Below, piece by piece: positions 8,832 to 18,315 of a stretch of DNA of 64,000 bases. The stretch is taken from the NCBI GenBank assembly GCA_022736555.1, contig DZCW01000002.1, positions 25,070 through 89,069 on the forward strand, in the 5' to 3' direction. The stretch's first letter is position 1. Every line of letters starts with the position of its first letter. The notes beneath the pieces were generated by a model that ran no database searches, was not told the origin of the DNA, and saw only the letters and a list, made by a program, of their open reading frames with translations. A program made the position numbers and the translations under genes. This DNA is from Candidatus Saccharimonas sp. (lineage in GTDB: Bacteria; Patescibacteriota; Saccharimonadia; Saccharimonadales; Saccharimonadaceae).

Positions 8832-9720
8832 TGGTACCGGTAATTATTCAACTAAGCGCCTCAAAGAGGAAGCTATTTTACGTGGTCATGACGTAAAAGT
8901 CATAAAATACAAAGAATGTTACGCTTCGATCGAGCAAAGTAATCCAACTGTCAGTTATAGGGGTAGTGATCTTAGCAAATTTGATGCAATCATCCCCCGT
9001 ATCGCTTCTAGTATGACTAAATACGGCACGGCGATTGTTCGTCAGTTAGAAATGCAAGGAGTTTATACAGTTTCTAGTTCGATCGCTATTAGCCGTTCTC
9101 GCGATAAAATGCGTAGCTTGCAATTATTAGCTAAATCCGGGATTGGTATCCCAAAAACCGTAGTTTCTCGTAATACTACTGATATTGACGATCTTCTCAA
9201 CCAGTTAGGTGATATGCCTGTGATTATTAAATTGGCTCGTGGCACTCATGGTAATGGTGTAGTCTTGGCTGAAACTAAAAAGGCCGCTAAATCAGTACTT
9301 CAGGCTTTTTATCTAACTAATGATGATGGAACGAATATTCTACTACAGGAATTTATCAAGGAATCAGCCGGGACTGATATCCGTGCCTTTGTAGTTGGCA
9401 GCAGGGTTGTCGCTAGTATGAAACGGCAAAGTTTAGACGATGATTTTCGTTCAAACCTACATAAAGGCGGTGAAGGCACAACTATAAAATTAACTGAAGA
9501 GGAAAAAAAGATTGCCATTAAGGCCGCCAAAGCTATGGGGCTTAATGTTGCCGGTGTTGATCTAATGCGCAGTAGCCGTGGACCATTGATTCTAGAGGTA
9601 AATGCTAGTCCTGGATTTGGTATTGAAAAGGTTACCGGACGTAATGTTGCGGCTGAAATTATCGAATATGTCGAGATGAATGCCAAACGCCGCAATAAAA
9701 AAGACAAAGTCGGCGCATAG
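8809..9720 (+). CDS. rimK: RimK-family ATP-grasp alpha-L-glutamate ligase
   Basis: MKIAILS... start, PVIIKLARGTHGNGVVLAE, DIRAFVVG and VAGVDLMRSSRGPLILEVNASPG ATP-grasp motifs. GGGGAG RBS before the ATG at 8809. Confidence 0.85.
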   Translation: MKIAILSNGTGNYSTKRLKEEAILRGHDVKVIKYKECYASIEQSNPTVSYRGSDLSKFDAIIPRIASSMTKYGTAIVRQLEMQGVYTVSSSIAISRSRDKMRSLQLLAKSGIGIPKTVVSRNTTDIDDLLNQLGDMPVIIKLARGTHGNGVVLAETKKAAKSVLQAFYLTNDDGTNILLQEFIKESAGTDIRAFVVGSRVVASMKRQSLDDDFRSNLHKGGEGTTIKLTEEEKKIAIKAAKAMGLNVAGVDLMRSSRGPLILEVNASPGFGIEKVTGRNVAAEIIEYVEMNAKRRNKKDKVGA

Positions 9721-9749
9721 TATAGTTTTATATTATTGATATATACTAT

Positions 9750-10235
9750 ATGTATATGAATACAAAAAGGAATATTGGTACGCCACTAATAGTGTCTTGT
9801 ATTGTGTTGGGCGTGTTGGCAACATTTATGTTTGTAATACCCACCATCTTTAAGCTATCTACTAATTTGCAGCTTGGCGATGGTGCGTTTAAAGCCCAAA
9901 TGGCCTTAAAAAGTAGCGATAGGGACAAGGGGTTATTGGGTACCTCTGGGTTAGACCCAGACCAGGCTTTTTTGTTGGCATTTCCTACCGAAGACAAATG
10001 GGGTGTTTGGCCTAAGAGCACGACATTCTCGATTGATATCGTTTGGTTGAATAAGGATAAAAAAGTCATTTATATAGCCAAAAATATCTCGCCTGGTAAT
10101 TTGACTTCCGCGGTGATTAAACCGAAAACTCCAGCAAAATATATAATTGAATTTCCAGCCGGTACTGTTGATAGTGAATCTATAGATATCAACCAGACGG
10201 CGGTTTTCCAAATTAATACAGACGAAATAAAGTAA
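9750..10235 (+). CDS. DUF192-family protein with N-terminal TM anchor
   Basis: DKGLLG...AFLLAFP...FSIDIVWLNKDKKVIYI...P pattern typical of DUF192 (COG1430). Confidence 0.55.
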   Translation: MYMNTKRNIGTPLIVSCIVLGVLATFMFVIPTIFKLSTNLQLGDGAFKAQMALKSSDRDKGLLGTSGLDPDQAFLLAFPTEDKWGVWPKSTTFSIDIVWLNKDKKVIYIAKNISPGNLTSAVIKPKTPAKYIIEFPAGTVDSESIDINQTAVFQINTDEIK

Positions 10236-10236
10236 T

Positions 10237-10713
10237 ATGGATGTTTTTATAGTTTATATAGTTGTTGCTGCGGTGTTATTTATCGGATCGTTCATGGCCA
10301 AACGAAGGTTTGGTTTATTGGGGCTAGCGATAGCTGCAGGCTCTATACTGAGTGGAATATGGAGTTATGGGGTAGAACTGATGGTCGGTGGCGTAGGCCT
10401 CCCATCTGGGCCATTAACAACGGCCGTGGTTCAATCGACAATTATCATATTACCAGCCGGCGTTTTGCTATTTCATGGATATACCTATAAAACATTATTC
10501 GGCAGAGTAATTGGTGCAGGATTATTTGCCATACTAGCGACGGCTTTTCTAATTGAACCACTAGGGCATGTATTGATGCCTCACGGTTTAGGCGCTAATA
10601 TTTATAGTTGGCTAGTTGATAACCGCGATATGATTATCGGTGTTGGTTTGACTTTGGCTGTGCTCGATTTATTCACCACAAAGCCAATTCAACTAGCTGA
10701 CAAAAAGCGCTAA
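10237..10713 (+). CDS. Polytopic membrane protein, unknown function
   Basis: 158 aa with 4-5 hydrophobic helices. Starts 2 nt after the previous stop. Confidence 0.5.
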   Translation: MDVFIVYIVVAAVLFIGSFMAKRRFGLLGLAIAAGSILSGIWSYGVELMVGGVGLPSGPLTTAVVQSTIIILPAGVLLFHGYTYKTLFGRVIGAGLFAILATAFLIEPLGHVLMPHGLGANIYSWLVDNRDMIIGVGLTLAVLDLFTTKPIQLADKKR

Positions 10714-10755
10714 CATTGACAGATCACCTATAAAAATGGTACATTTTTTAGATAT

Positions 10756-10832
10756 GAGGTCATAGCTCAGCTGGTTAGAGCACCTGCCTTTTAAGCAGGG
10801 TGTCGTGAGTTCAAGTCTCACTGGCCTCACCA
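10756..10832 (+). tRNA. tRNA-Lys(UUU)
   Basis: Hand-folded cloverleaf with acceptor GAGGTCA/TGGCCTC and anticodon loop CTTTTAA. CCA is encoded. Confidence 0.95.
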
Positions 10833-10873
10833 AATTAAAATACCTATCGACCGATAGGTATTTTAATTTGGTG
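10828..10873 (+). terminator. Long hairpin terminator that includes the tRNA-Lys 3' CACCA
   Basis: CACCAAATTAAAATACCTAT ... ATAGGTATTTTAATTTGGTG, a perfect stem of 20 bp or more, followed by TTTTT. Confidence 0.7.
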
Positions 10874-10922
10874 TTTTTATTTTATTGACAGCCATTTTTA
10901 AGCTTTTTGTTATAATAATTTT

Positions 10923-12377
10923 ATGAATCTGTGGGTGTTGAGGCGTAAAGTCCATACCTCGTGGCTAATTGCTATTGGTTGCGGCGGAATATTCATTGGA
11001 GTACTTCTGTCGCAATATATTAGTTGGCCATTTATGCCGTCGATCTTTATTTTTGTATTATCACTTTTGCTAGTAGTATTGGCATTAAAGATGAGATGTA
11101 TTTATATAATACCCTTGTTGGTGATTGGTGGGATATTATTTGGATTATGGCGCGGATCAATGTCTCAGGTTGGGTTGGTGCAATTTAGACTATTTTATAA
11201 CACAACAGTATCGGTTGTTGGTAATGTCAAAGACGATGTCGACACTAATTCTACTAATCAGATAGTTATTAGGCTCGATAGTTTAGTGATTAATGATAAA
11301 CCATTGTCTGGAACTTTATGGGTGACATCAAGTAATGCCTATATTAAAAGAGGTGATGAATTATTGTTGCGGGGTGTTTTAAAAGAGGGGTTTGGTAACT
11401 TTTCGGGTGTTATCTATCGTGCCAGCATCGATCAAATTATTCATCCACAACCCGGTGATATAGCTCGTGTTGTACGTGATTGGTTCGCTGATAGTGTGCG
11501 CCGGGCAGTGCCCGATCCAGAATCTAGCCTCGGGATTGGTTATTTAGTTGGGCAACGTCGGGCCTTGCCCGCCGACTTAGCCTTAGCCTTGCAGATAGCG
11601 GGGCTTACCCATGTGGTGGTTGCTAGTGGTTATAATTTGACGATTTTGGTTCGTCTAGCGAGGCGGCTATTCGTTAAAGTTTCTAAATACCTATCGCTAT
11701 TATCGGCAACGACTATGATCGTGGTGTTTGTGGCAGTTACCGGTGTTAGCCCTAGCATGTCGCGAGCTGGGTTAGTGGCGCTACTTAGTTTGTTGGCCTG
11801 GTATTATGGCCGTCGGTTTCATCCGATTGTATTGCTGATGATTGCCGTTGCTGTGACTGTTATCGTGAACCCAAGTTATGCTTGGGGTGATTTAGGTTGG
11901 CAGTTGTCATTCTCGGCTTTTGCCGGCGTTATGATATTGGCGCCCTTATTACAGCGATACTTATTTGGTGATAAAAAACCAGGGACTATTCAGCAGATTT
12001 TAGGGGAGACTATATCAGCACAAATTGTCACAGCGCCGATATTAATAATGGCATTTGGTCAATTATCGAATGTAGCTATTGTTGCTAATTTATTAGTTTT
12101 GCCTTTAGTACCACTGGCGATGCTTTTGACGTTTATAGCTGGAATAGGTGGTTTGATATTACCGACATTTGCCACTGTTGTAGGGTTGCCGGCTACGTGG
12201 TTATTAGGCTATATGGTTAACGTGACGGAGTATCTCTCTAGCTTACCTTGGGCAACCAGTAAGATTCAATTTTCATGGTGGATGGAGGCTGGGTGCTATG
12301 TAATTATTGCTGCTATATGTTTATATCTTTGGCGAGTTACAAAGTACAATTTAAGGGAGGTTAATTTAGTTGAGTAA
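10923..12377 (+). CDS. comEC: ComEC/Rec2-family DNA-uptake channel (membrane core only)
   Basis: N-terminal OB/DUF4131-like segment followed by a polytopic competence domain (GLTHVVVASGYNLTIL, SMSRAGL). No C-terminal metallo-beta-lactamase domain fits in 484 aa. Confidence 0.75.
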   Translation: MNLWVLRRKVHTSWLIAIGCGGIFIGVLLSQYISWPFMPSIFIFVLSLLLVVLALKMRCIYIIPLLVIGGILFGLWRGSMSQVGLVQFRLFYNTTVSVVGNVKDDVDTNSTNQIVIRLDSLVINDKPLSGTLWVTSSNAYIKRGDELLLRGVLKEGFGNFSGVIYRASIDQIIHPQPGDIARVVRDWFADSVRRAVPDPESSLGIGYLVGQRRALPADLALALQIAGLTHVVVASGYNLTILVRLARRLFVKVSKYLSLLSATTMIVVFVAVTGVSPSMSRAGLVALLSLLAWYYGRRFHPIVLLMIAVAVTVIVNPSYAWGDLGWQLSFSAFAGVMILAPLLQRYLFGDKKPGTIQQILGETISAQIVTAPILIMAFGQLSNVAIVANLLVLPLVPLAMLLTFIAGIGGLILPTFATVVGLPATWLLGYMVNVTEYLSSLPWATSKIQFSWWMEAGCYVIIAAICLYLWRVTKYNLREVNLVE

Positions 12378-12422
12378 TCTGTTATAATAGTGAAAATACC
12401 ATATTGAACATTGGAGGCTTAT

Positions 12423-13148
12423 ATGTCTGGACATAGTAAATGGTCCACTATCAAACGCGAAAAAGGTGCCAAGGATGCCAAGCGCGGTGCTGTTTTCACG
12501 AAAATCGGTAATCAAATTGCAGTCGCTGCTCGTGGCGGTATTGATCCTTTTATGAACTCGACACTTGCTATGGCTATAGAAAAAGCCAAACAGGCTAATA
12601 TGCCAGCGGCTAATATCCAAAGGGCGATTGACCGTGTTTCTGACAAGAATGCTGCTGTATTAGAAGAGACCGCCTATGAAGGTATGGGGCCTGGCGGTGT
12701 TGGTATTATTATCGAGACAGCAACCGATAATAAGAATCGGACCTTTCCGGAGGTTAAATTTGCGTTGACTAAAAATGGCGGTCGAATTGCTGATGCTGGT
12801 AGTGTCGCATTCCAATTTACGCGCAAGGGTGTTATTCGAGTATCCGAGACGGGTGAGGATGCCCTGCTAACTGTTCTCGATGCAGGGGCCGAGGATGCTA
12901 TCGAGGAAGATGGTGAATTAACTGTTTATACTGAACAAAAGGATCTAGCTAAAGTCAGAACTGCGATCATAGCTGCCGGATTAAAGGTGACCGCTGCTGA
13001 ATTACAGTATGTGCCTAATCATCTAGTGGACGTAAGTGACCTAGAGACTGCCCAAAAAACGATCAAGCTACTCGACGCTTTGGATGATTTAGATGATGTC
13101 GTGAATGTTCATAGTAACGCTGACATTACTGCTGATTTACCTGAATAA
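12423..13148 (+). CDS. yebC: YebC/PmpR-family transcriptional regulator
   Basis: MSGHSKWSTIKREKGAKDAKRG N-terminus. GGAGG RBS. Confidence 0.9.
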   Translation: MSGHSKWSTIKREKGAKDAKRGAVFTKIGNQIAVAARGGIDPFMNSTLAMAIEKAKQANMPAANIQRAIDRVSDKNAAVLEETAYEGMGPGGVGIIIETATDNKNRTFPEVKFALTKNGGRIADAGSVAFQFTRKGVIRVSETGEDALLTVLDAGAEDAIEEDGELTVYTEQKDLAKVRTAIIAAGLKVTAAELQYVPNHLVDVSDLETAQKTIKLLDALDDLDDVVNVHSNADITADLPE

Positions 13149-13193
13149 TATTTATAACTTGTAATTAGCTTAAGGGCGACATATTATATTAAT

Positions 13194-14681
13194 ATGCGTA
13201 AGCTGTATACCTGGTCTTTATTAGCTGGTATCGTCTTTATTTTATCTTTATTCAACACCCCCGTTTATGCTAGTAGTGACAGCGTAGTGATTAGTCAAGT
13301 TCGGATGGGATATTCGCCGTACAATAGTGATGAACTCGTAGAGATATATAATAATAGCAATAGTGATATCGAAGTGACCAATTGGTGCTTACGCTATGCT
13401 AAGGGTGACCTAAGTAACCTCGCCAATCCGATGGATGGGTTTAGCAATTTAATTTGTTTTATTCCAGAAAATGTTAGCTACCATATATTTTTACCAGCTC
13501 ATGAAATGGCTTTGGCGGTTTCTAATGAATTATTTGAATCTGTACCTAATTTTGGTGGAGATCTAGTATTTAGGACGCCTCTAGCTAACTCATCTGGCCA
13601 TGTTGATTTGGTTGATAGCGGTGGGGTTGAAATTGATCGGCTAGGATGGGGCACGGCTTCGGTCCCAGAAGGCTTAGCTCAAGCCAAAGTCCCAGATTCT
13701 GGTATGGCTTTGCAGCGAAAGTCGATTAGCCCGAACACGCTTCAAGACACTGACGAAAATAATAATGATTTTGAATCAGTTCCATTTAGAAGTATTTATG
13801 ACTATGGTTTCATATATGAGGTTCAGGACGTCTGTTCGAATTTAGCTGGTCTTCAATCTATTATACCGCTTGGTTACGCAGTTGATACTCATGGCGACTG
13901 CCAGGTTGATTGGTGCTCTAATATTATTGGCATACAGCAAATTATGCCTGATGATATGGAATTGGATGACAGTGGTGATTGTGTGGCGCACGACGAATGT
14001 TCTAATCTACTGGATATTCAAACTGATATCCCCAGTGGTTTCATTCGTGGAGACAATGATAGCTGTGCATTTAACTTGCTCCCGTTACAAGTCACTGAAT
14101 TATTACCGAATGCCGTCGGGAGCGATGATGGTAATGAGTTTATCGAAATATATAACCCCAACGACAGCGATATAAATTTGTTATATTTCTTTTTATATAT
14201 AGGCTCGGATTATACCCATTTTTATAGTTTTCCGGTTGGATCACATATCGGTGCTGGCCAATATCTAGCTTTCTCGAATGACGATATTAAGTTCACACTG
14301 GTGAATACGACCAGTAGTGTGCGACTGAGGGCAATCGATGGCGTGCTTTCTGATACGCTAGCTTATGATAGCCCTAAAGATGGCATAGCCTGGGCTTTAA
14401 TAGATGGTGTCTGGCAATATACTAATCAGCCGACACCTGGCGGCATAAACTTAAAGTCATTATTAAGTGAAGATGATGCTGTGGTGGAGAAAAATCTTGA
14501 GTCTTGTGGGCCTAATCAATATCGCAATCCAGATACGAACCGTTGTCGTTTAATTGCAACATCTAGTTCAGAGCTTACGCCATGCAAAGATGGGCAATAT
14601 CGTAGCGAAGAAACTAATCGATGCCGCAGTATTGCATCAGATGTAAATATATTAGTCCCATGCGCCGAAGGTGAAGAGTGA
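13194..14681 (+). CDS. Secreted surface protein with two lamin-tail domains (LTD), ending at an in-frame TGA
   Basis: Signal peptide ...FNTPVYA|SS. Two LTD-like blocks (ELVEIYNNSNSDIEVTNW; NEFIEIYNPNDSDINL). CSN(L/I)xG(L/I)Q repeats in the middle. The frame continues open after the TGA at 14679-14681. Confidence 0.8.
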   Translation: MRKLYTWSLLAGIVFILSLFNTPVYASSDSVVISQVRMGYSPYNSDELVEIYNNSNSDIEVTNWCLRYAKGDLSNLANPMDGFSNLICFIPENVSYHIFLPAHEMALAVSNELFESVPNFGGDLVFRTPLANSSGHVDLVDSGGVEIDRLGWGTASVPEGLAQAKVPDSGMALQRKSISPNTLQDTDENNNDFESVPFRSIYDYGFIYEVQDVCSNLAGLQSIIPLGYAVDTHGDCQVDWCSNIIGIQQIMPDDMELDDSGDCVAHDECSNLLDIQTDIPSGFIRGDNDSCAFNLLPLQVTELLPNAVGSDDGNEFIEIYNPNDSDINLLYFFLYIGSDYTHFYSFPVGSHIGAGQYLAFSNDDIKFTLVNTTSSVRLRAIDGVLSDTLAYDSPKDGIAWALIDGVWQYTNQPTPGGINLKSLLSEDDAVVEKNLESCGPNQYRNPDTNRCRLIATSSSELTPCKDGQYRSEETNRCRSIASDVNILVPCAEGEE

Positions 14682-14828
14682 AATCCTGGTACAAATCGTT
14701 GCAGGTCAATCACGGCCGTGTTAGGTGCTAGTGATTTAGTACCGTGTAAAACAGGCCAGGAACGTAATCCTGATACAAATCGCTGCCGAAATATAGTTGG
14801 TGCTATGCCCAAGGCCGATTATGCGCCC
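14505..14828 (+). repeat. Four tandem Cys-bracketed modules C-x3-Q-x-R-N-P-D-T-N-R-C-R
   Basis: CGPNQYRNPDTNRCR / CKDGQYRSEETNRCR / CAEGEE*NPGTNRCR / CKTGQERNPDTNRCR. The TGA occupies the conserved Arg position of module 3. Confidence 0.8.
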
Positions 14829-14981
14829 AAGCAGACCGCTAGTAATTCTAATAATTATATTATCTGGCTCTCGTTAGCGGTTGTTGGTATGGTGGCGGTA
14901 GGTTACGGTATTTGGGAATGGCGCCAGGAAATAAATAATGGTAGGCTAAAACTGCTTTCATTCCTGAAACACCGTAAATAA
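14682..14981 (+). CDS. In-frame continuation of the LTD protein: last repeat modules plus C-terminal TM anchor
   Basis: Same frame as 13194..14681. Contains YIIWLSLAVVGMVAVGYGIWEW (TM) followed by a basic tail. The track calls it from the GTG at 14718. Confidence 0.55.
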   Translation, partial: NPGTNRCRSITAVLGASDLVPCKTGQERNPDTNRCRNIVGAMPKADYAPKQTASNSNNYIIWLSLAVVGMVAVGYGIWEWRQEINNGRLKLLSFLKHRK

Positions 14982-14996
14982 CCTATACTAAGTGAT

Positions 14997-15470
14997 ATGA
15001 GAATTATCGGCATTGATCCAGGGACTGGCATATTGGGGTTTGGGGTTATTGATGCAACTCCTGGGAAAATGAAGCTAGTTGACGCTGGGGTTATAAAAAC
15101 ACCAGCGCACACACCAATCGAGATTCGTTTAGAAGATATTTTTGACAGTTTGACTGATATTATTGCCGAAACTAAACCACAGATTATGTCGATTGAGAAG
15201 CTTTTCTTTGCTCAAAATGTGACAACGGCTATGAGCGTTTCTCACGCCAGAGGAGTGGCGATGCTTGCAGGTCAAAAAGGTAAATTGGCAATTACCGAAT
15301 ATACCCCGCTACAGATTAAGCAAACAGTTACGGGTTACGGTCGGGCTAGTAAAAAGCAGGTTCAAGAAATGGTGCGAATCCAATTAGGGTTACTAAAAAT
15401 ACCGGAACCCGACGATTGTGCCGATGCTTTGGCGGCGGCGATTACCCATTATCTGATGACTCGAGTATAA
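14997..15470 (+). CDS. ruvC: Holliday junction resolvase RuvC
   Basis: MRIIGIDPGTGILGFGVID start and a C-terminal DDCADALAAAI. Confidence 0.9.
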   Translation: MRIIGIDPGTGILGFGVIDATPGKMKLVDAGVIKTPAHTPIEIRLEDIFDSLTDIIAETKPQIMSIEKLFFAQNVTTAMSVSHARGVAMLAGQKGKLAITEYTPLQIKQTVTGYGRASKKQVQEMVRIQLGLLKIPEPDDCADALAAAITHYLMTRV

Positions 15471-15477
15471 TATATCT

Positions 15478-16059
15478 ATGATTGCGCATGTTTTTGGGAT
15501 AGTGGTTGAAAAGTTCGGTTCGTCGATTATTGTCGACGTTCATGGTGTTGGCTATGAAGTGCAAGTTGCGGCTAGTGATTTCGATGCAACTCTACTGGAT
15601 TCAAGTGTAAAATTCTATACTTATCATCATATTCGCGAGCAGTCACAGGAATTATTCGGTTTTTCTAGCCTAATGGCTAAAAAATTATTTGAACTATTAA
15701 TTACAGTTCAGGGCGTCGGTCCCAAAGCGGCTCTATCTATCCTGTCGCTCAGTGACAGTGAGACGGTACGCAATGCTATCGCTAATAGCGATTCAGTGTT
15801 TATTACCAAGGCATCTGGTGTTGGCAAAAAAACCGCCGAACGTGTTGTGATTGATTTATCCGATAAGGTCGGTCATGCTGTACGTGCTAGTTCTAGCGGC
15901 ATTGGAGACATTAGGGTTGCTTCGATTAGCGACGAAGCCCTAGAGGCCTTGATGGCGCTTGGGTATAACCTAAATGATGCCACAAAGGCACTCGAGGGTG
16001 TGTCGAATGAACTATCAACTGCCGAACGTGTTACCCAAGCATTACGAGGTAAACCATAA
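15478..16059 (+). CDS. ruvA: Holliday junction branch migration protein RuvA
   Basis: OB domain plus the HhH pair ([26 protein letters not shown]). Confidence 0.9.
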   Translation: MIAHVFGIVVEKFGSSIIVDVHGVGYEVQVAASDFDATLLDSSVKFYTYHHIREQSQELFGFSSLMAKKLFELLITVQGVGPKAALSILSLSDSETVRNAIANSDSVFITKASGVGKKTAERVVIDLSDKVGHAVRASSSGIGDIRVASISDEALEALMALGYNLNDATKALEGVSNELSTAERVTQALRGKP

Positions 16060-17078
16060 TGGCTATCGAAAGAATAATTGATGCTGGTATTCACGATGAC
16101 GATATTGATGAAAAACGCATTGATGTAAGTTTACGACCGAAATCATTCAATGAGTATATTGGTCAGGATCGTTTGAAAAATAACCTAAAGTTAGCAATCG
16201 ATGCGGCTAAAAAACGCAATGAGCCAATCGACCACGTGTTACTATATGGGCCTCCTGGACTTGGTAAAACTACTATGGCGACTGTCATTGCTAATGAAAT
16301 GGGGGCTAATATTCGAGTAACTGCTGGCCCGACGATTGAGCGAGCGGGTGATTTAGCTAGCATTCTAACCAACTTAGCGGATGGCGATATTCTGTTTATT
16401 GACGAGATACATCGTTTAGGGCGAACCGTCGAAGAAGTCCTGTATAGTGCCATGGAGGATTTTAAACTAGACATTATGATCGGCAAGGGCCCAGCAGCAC
16501 GCAGCGTGCGTTTGGATTTACCTAGGTTCACAGTTATTGGGGCGACGACACGGACAGGCGCACTAACTGCGCCACTTAGGGATCGTTTTGGTATCATCCA
16601 TCGTTTGGAGTTCTATACGCCAAACGAAGTTTCGCGAATTATCGAGAGAGCCTCGAATATATTGGATAGTAAAATTGATCCAAAAGCTGCCGCTATATTG
16701 TCGACCAGGGCTCGCCTGACTCCGCGTATTGCTAATCGCCTGCTAAAACGTGTGCGCGATTATGCCGACGTAAATGGTGATGGCATTATCGATGTCCCTA
16801 CGACTAATTCGGCCTTGGCGCTACTCGAGATTGATGAATTAGGGCTGGATCCAGGGGATCGTAATTTATTAACTAGTATTATCGATAACTACGGGTCTAA
16901 TCCAGTCGGTTTGAACACTATAGCGGCATTGACTGGTGATGAAGCGACGACTATCGAAGATTTCTATGAACCATACTTGCTACAAATTGGTTTTATTGAA
17001 CGCACGCCGCGTGGTCGTCGTGTCACTGCCAAGGCTTTTAAGCACATTGGCAGACAATTCGAAGGTAATAAAAACTAA
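16059..17078 (+). CDS. ruvB: Holliday junction helicase RuvB
   Basis: [12 protein letters not shown] Walker [11 protein letters not shown] Walker B, ATGA-type junction with ruvA. Confidence 0.95.
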   Translation: MAIERIIDAGIHDDDIDEKRIDVSLRPKSFNEYIGQDRLKNNLKLAIDAAKKRNEPIDHVLLYGPPGLGKTTMATVIANEMGANIRVTAGPTIERAGDLASILTNLADGDILFIDEIHRLGRTVEEVLYSAMEDFKLDIMIGKGPAARSVRLDLPRFTVIGATTRTGALTAPLRDRFGIIHRLEFYTPNEVSRIIERASNILDSKIDPKAAAILSTRARLTPRIANRLLKRVRDYADVNGDGIIDVPTTNSALALLEIDELGLDPGDRNLLTSIIDNYGSNPVGLNTIAALTGDEATTIEDFYEPYLLQIGFIERTPRGRRVTAKAFKHIGRQFEGNKN

Positions 17079-17100
17079 TAAAGGTTGATATAATAAACCC

Positions 17101-17844
17101 ATGAACAATCAAAAACCAGAAACAAATTCCTTGGATTACGATAAACCCGTAGCTTACGATGTTGACGGTAGGCCATTATACGCGCATCCTTATGAGCCAG
17201 ATCCTCAATCTAAAATAGTACACGTGGCGCGACCGATTACACCAGAAAAACCAATTATTAGCGAAGATGTTAAATTAAAACACGAACGATCGAAACAGAT
17301 GTTTCCAGATCTTAACTTGAGCGAAGGTGAATACGTTATTAGTTTTGTCCGTCGCCATCCGATTGGTCTGGTTAGTCCTATTATGGTAGGTGTTGTATTA
17401 ATATTTATTACTTTAGTATTAATGTTCAACTTTAGTTCGATTATTGGTTCGCTTCAAATGACAAGTAAACCGATAGATTCTTCGGCGATTATTCTGCCAT
17501 CGATCGCTTTTATTCTTCTAGTATTAGTCGGTATGTATATCGTCTACACGGTTTATCGTAATAATCGATTTTTCTTGACGAATGAAAGTGTGATCCAGGA
17601 GATCCAGAATAGTATATTTTCCAAGCATGAACAAACGGTAAGTTTGATTAATATCGAGGATGCTAGTTTTACCAAGGTTGGTATTGTTCAACAACTTCTT
17701 GATTATGGTTCAATCAGACTTAGTACCGAAGGTGATGAGACGACTTATCGTTTTTTGTACGTATCAAATCCAAAAAAGCATATAGCTATATTAAATAATG
17801 CCATTGAGGCATTTAAAAATGGCAGACCAATCAACGAAGATTAG
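17101..17844 (+). CDS. Membrane protein with bacterial PH (YdbT/bPH_2-like) domain
   Basis: Two TM helices followed by ...FFLTNESVIQ...IRLSTEGDETTYRFLYVSNPKK, resembling the bPH_2 fold pattern. Confidence 0.5.
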   Translation: MNNQKPETNSLDYDKPVAYDVDGRPLYAHPYEPDPQSKIVHVARPITPEKPIISEDVKLKHERSKQMFPDLNLSEGEYVISFVRRHPIGLVSPIMVGVVLIFITLVLMFNFSSIIGSLQMTSKPIDSSAIILPSIAFILLVLVGMYIVYTVYRNNRFFLTNESVIQEIQNSIFSKHEQTVSLINIEDASFTKVGIVQQLLDYGSIRLSTEGDETTYRFLYVSNPKKHIAILNNAIEAFKNGRPINED

Positions 17845-17847
17845 TTG

Positions 17848-18243
17848 TTATTTATTCTTACTAGTTTTAATGTAGTCGGTTTCGTCTGTTAGGATGGCCC
17901 TTAGGGTGTAACTCTTGCATTTATTATCGGCACAGTTGGTAGGCGAATAAGCATAGGCACTGCCTATTGAACCTAATTTAATGCCACTCGGATCAGTGAA
18001 TAGATTAGGATCAACTGATTTTAGATTATCGCTGCTAATCGTTTGAGGATAATATTGGTTGGTAGGATAGAATACTTCTTCTAGGCCGTAATACATGGCG
18101 TTTATGGATGTCTTTTTAACATCATCCTGAGCAACAACTTCGATATTATGTTTTTGGACGAAGAATATGATACTAGCAACGCTAAGTAAGGCTACAATAA
18201 AGACCAACTCGATAACCGTAAACCCATTTGAACGTTTTGTCAT
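17848..18243 (-). CDS. Type IV pilin-like protein (prepilin)
   Basis: MTKRSNG|FTVIELV class III signal peptide with Glu at +5. Confidence 0.8.
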   Translation of the reverse strand: MTKRSNGFTVIELVFIVALLSVASIIFFVQKHNIEVVAQDDVKKTSINAMYYGLEEVFYPTNQYYPQTISSDNLKSVDPNLFTDPSGIKLGSIGSAYAYSPTNCADNKCKSYTLRAILTDETDYIKTSKNK

Positions 18244-18315
18244 TTCAAGTATATTATAATAGCAAATTACAGGCTGTACAAGTATAATTAGTAGAGAACG
18301 AAAGAAGGGGAGTAT

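Noticed and set aside
14679-14681. Selenocysteine at the TGA in the surface protein
   Set aside because: The aligned residue in the three sister repeats is Arg, not Cys. No SECIS-like hairpin is evident immediately downstream, and no sel genes are in the window.
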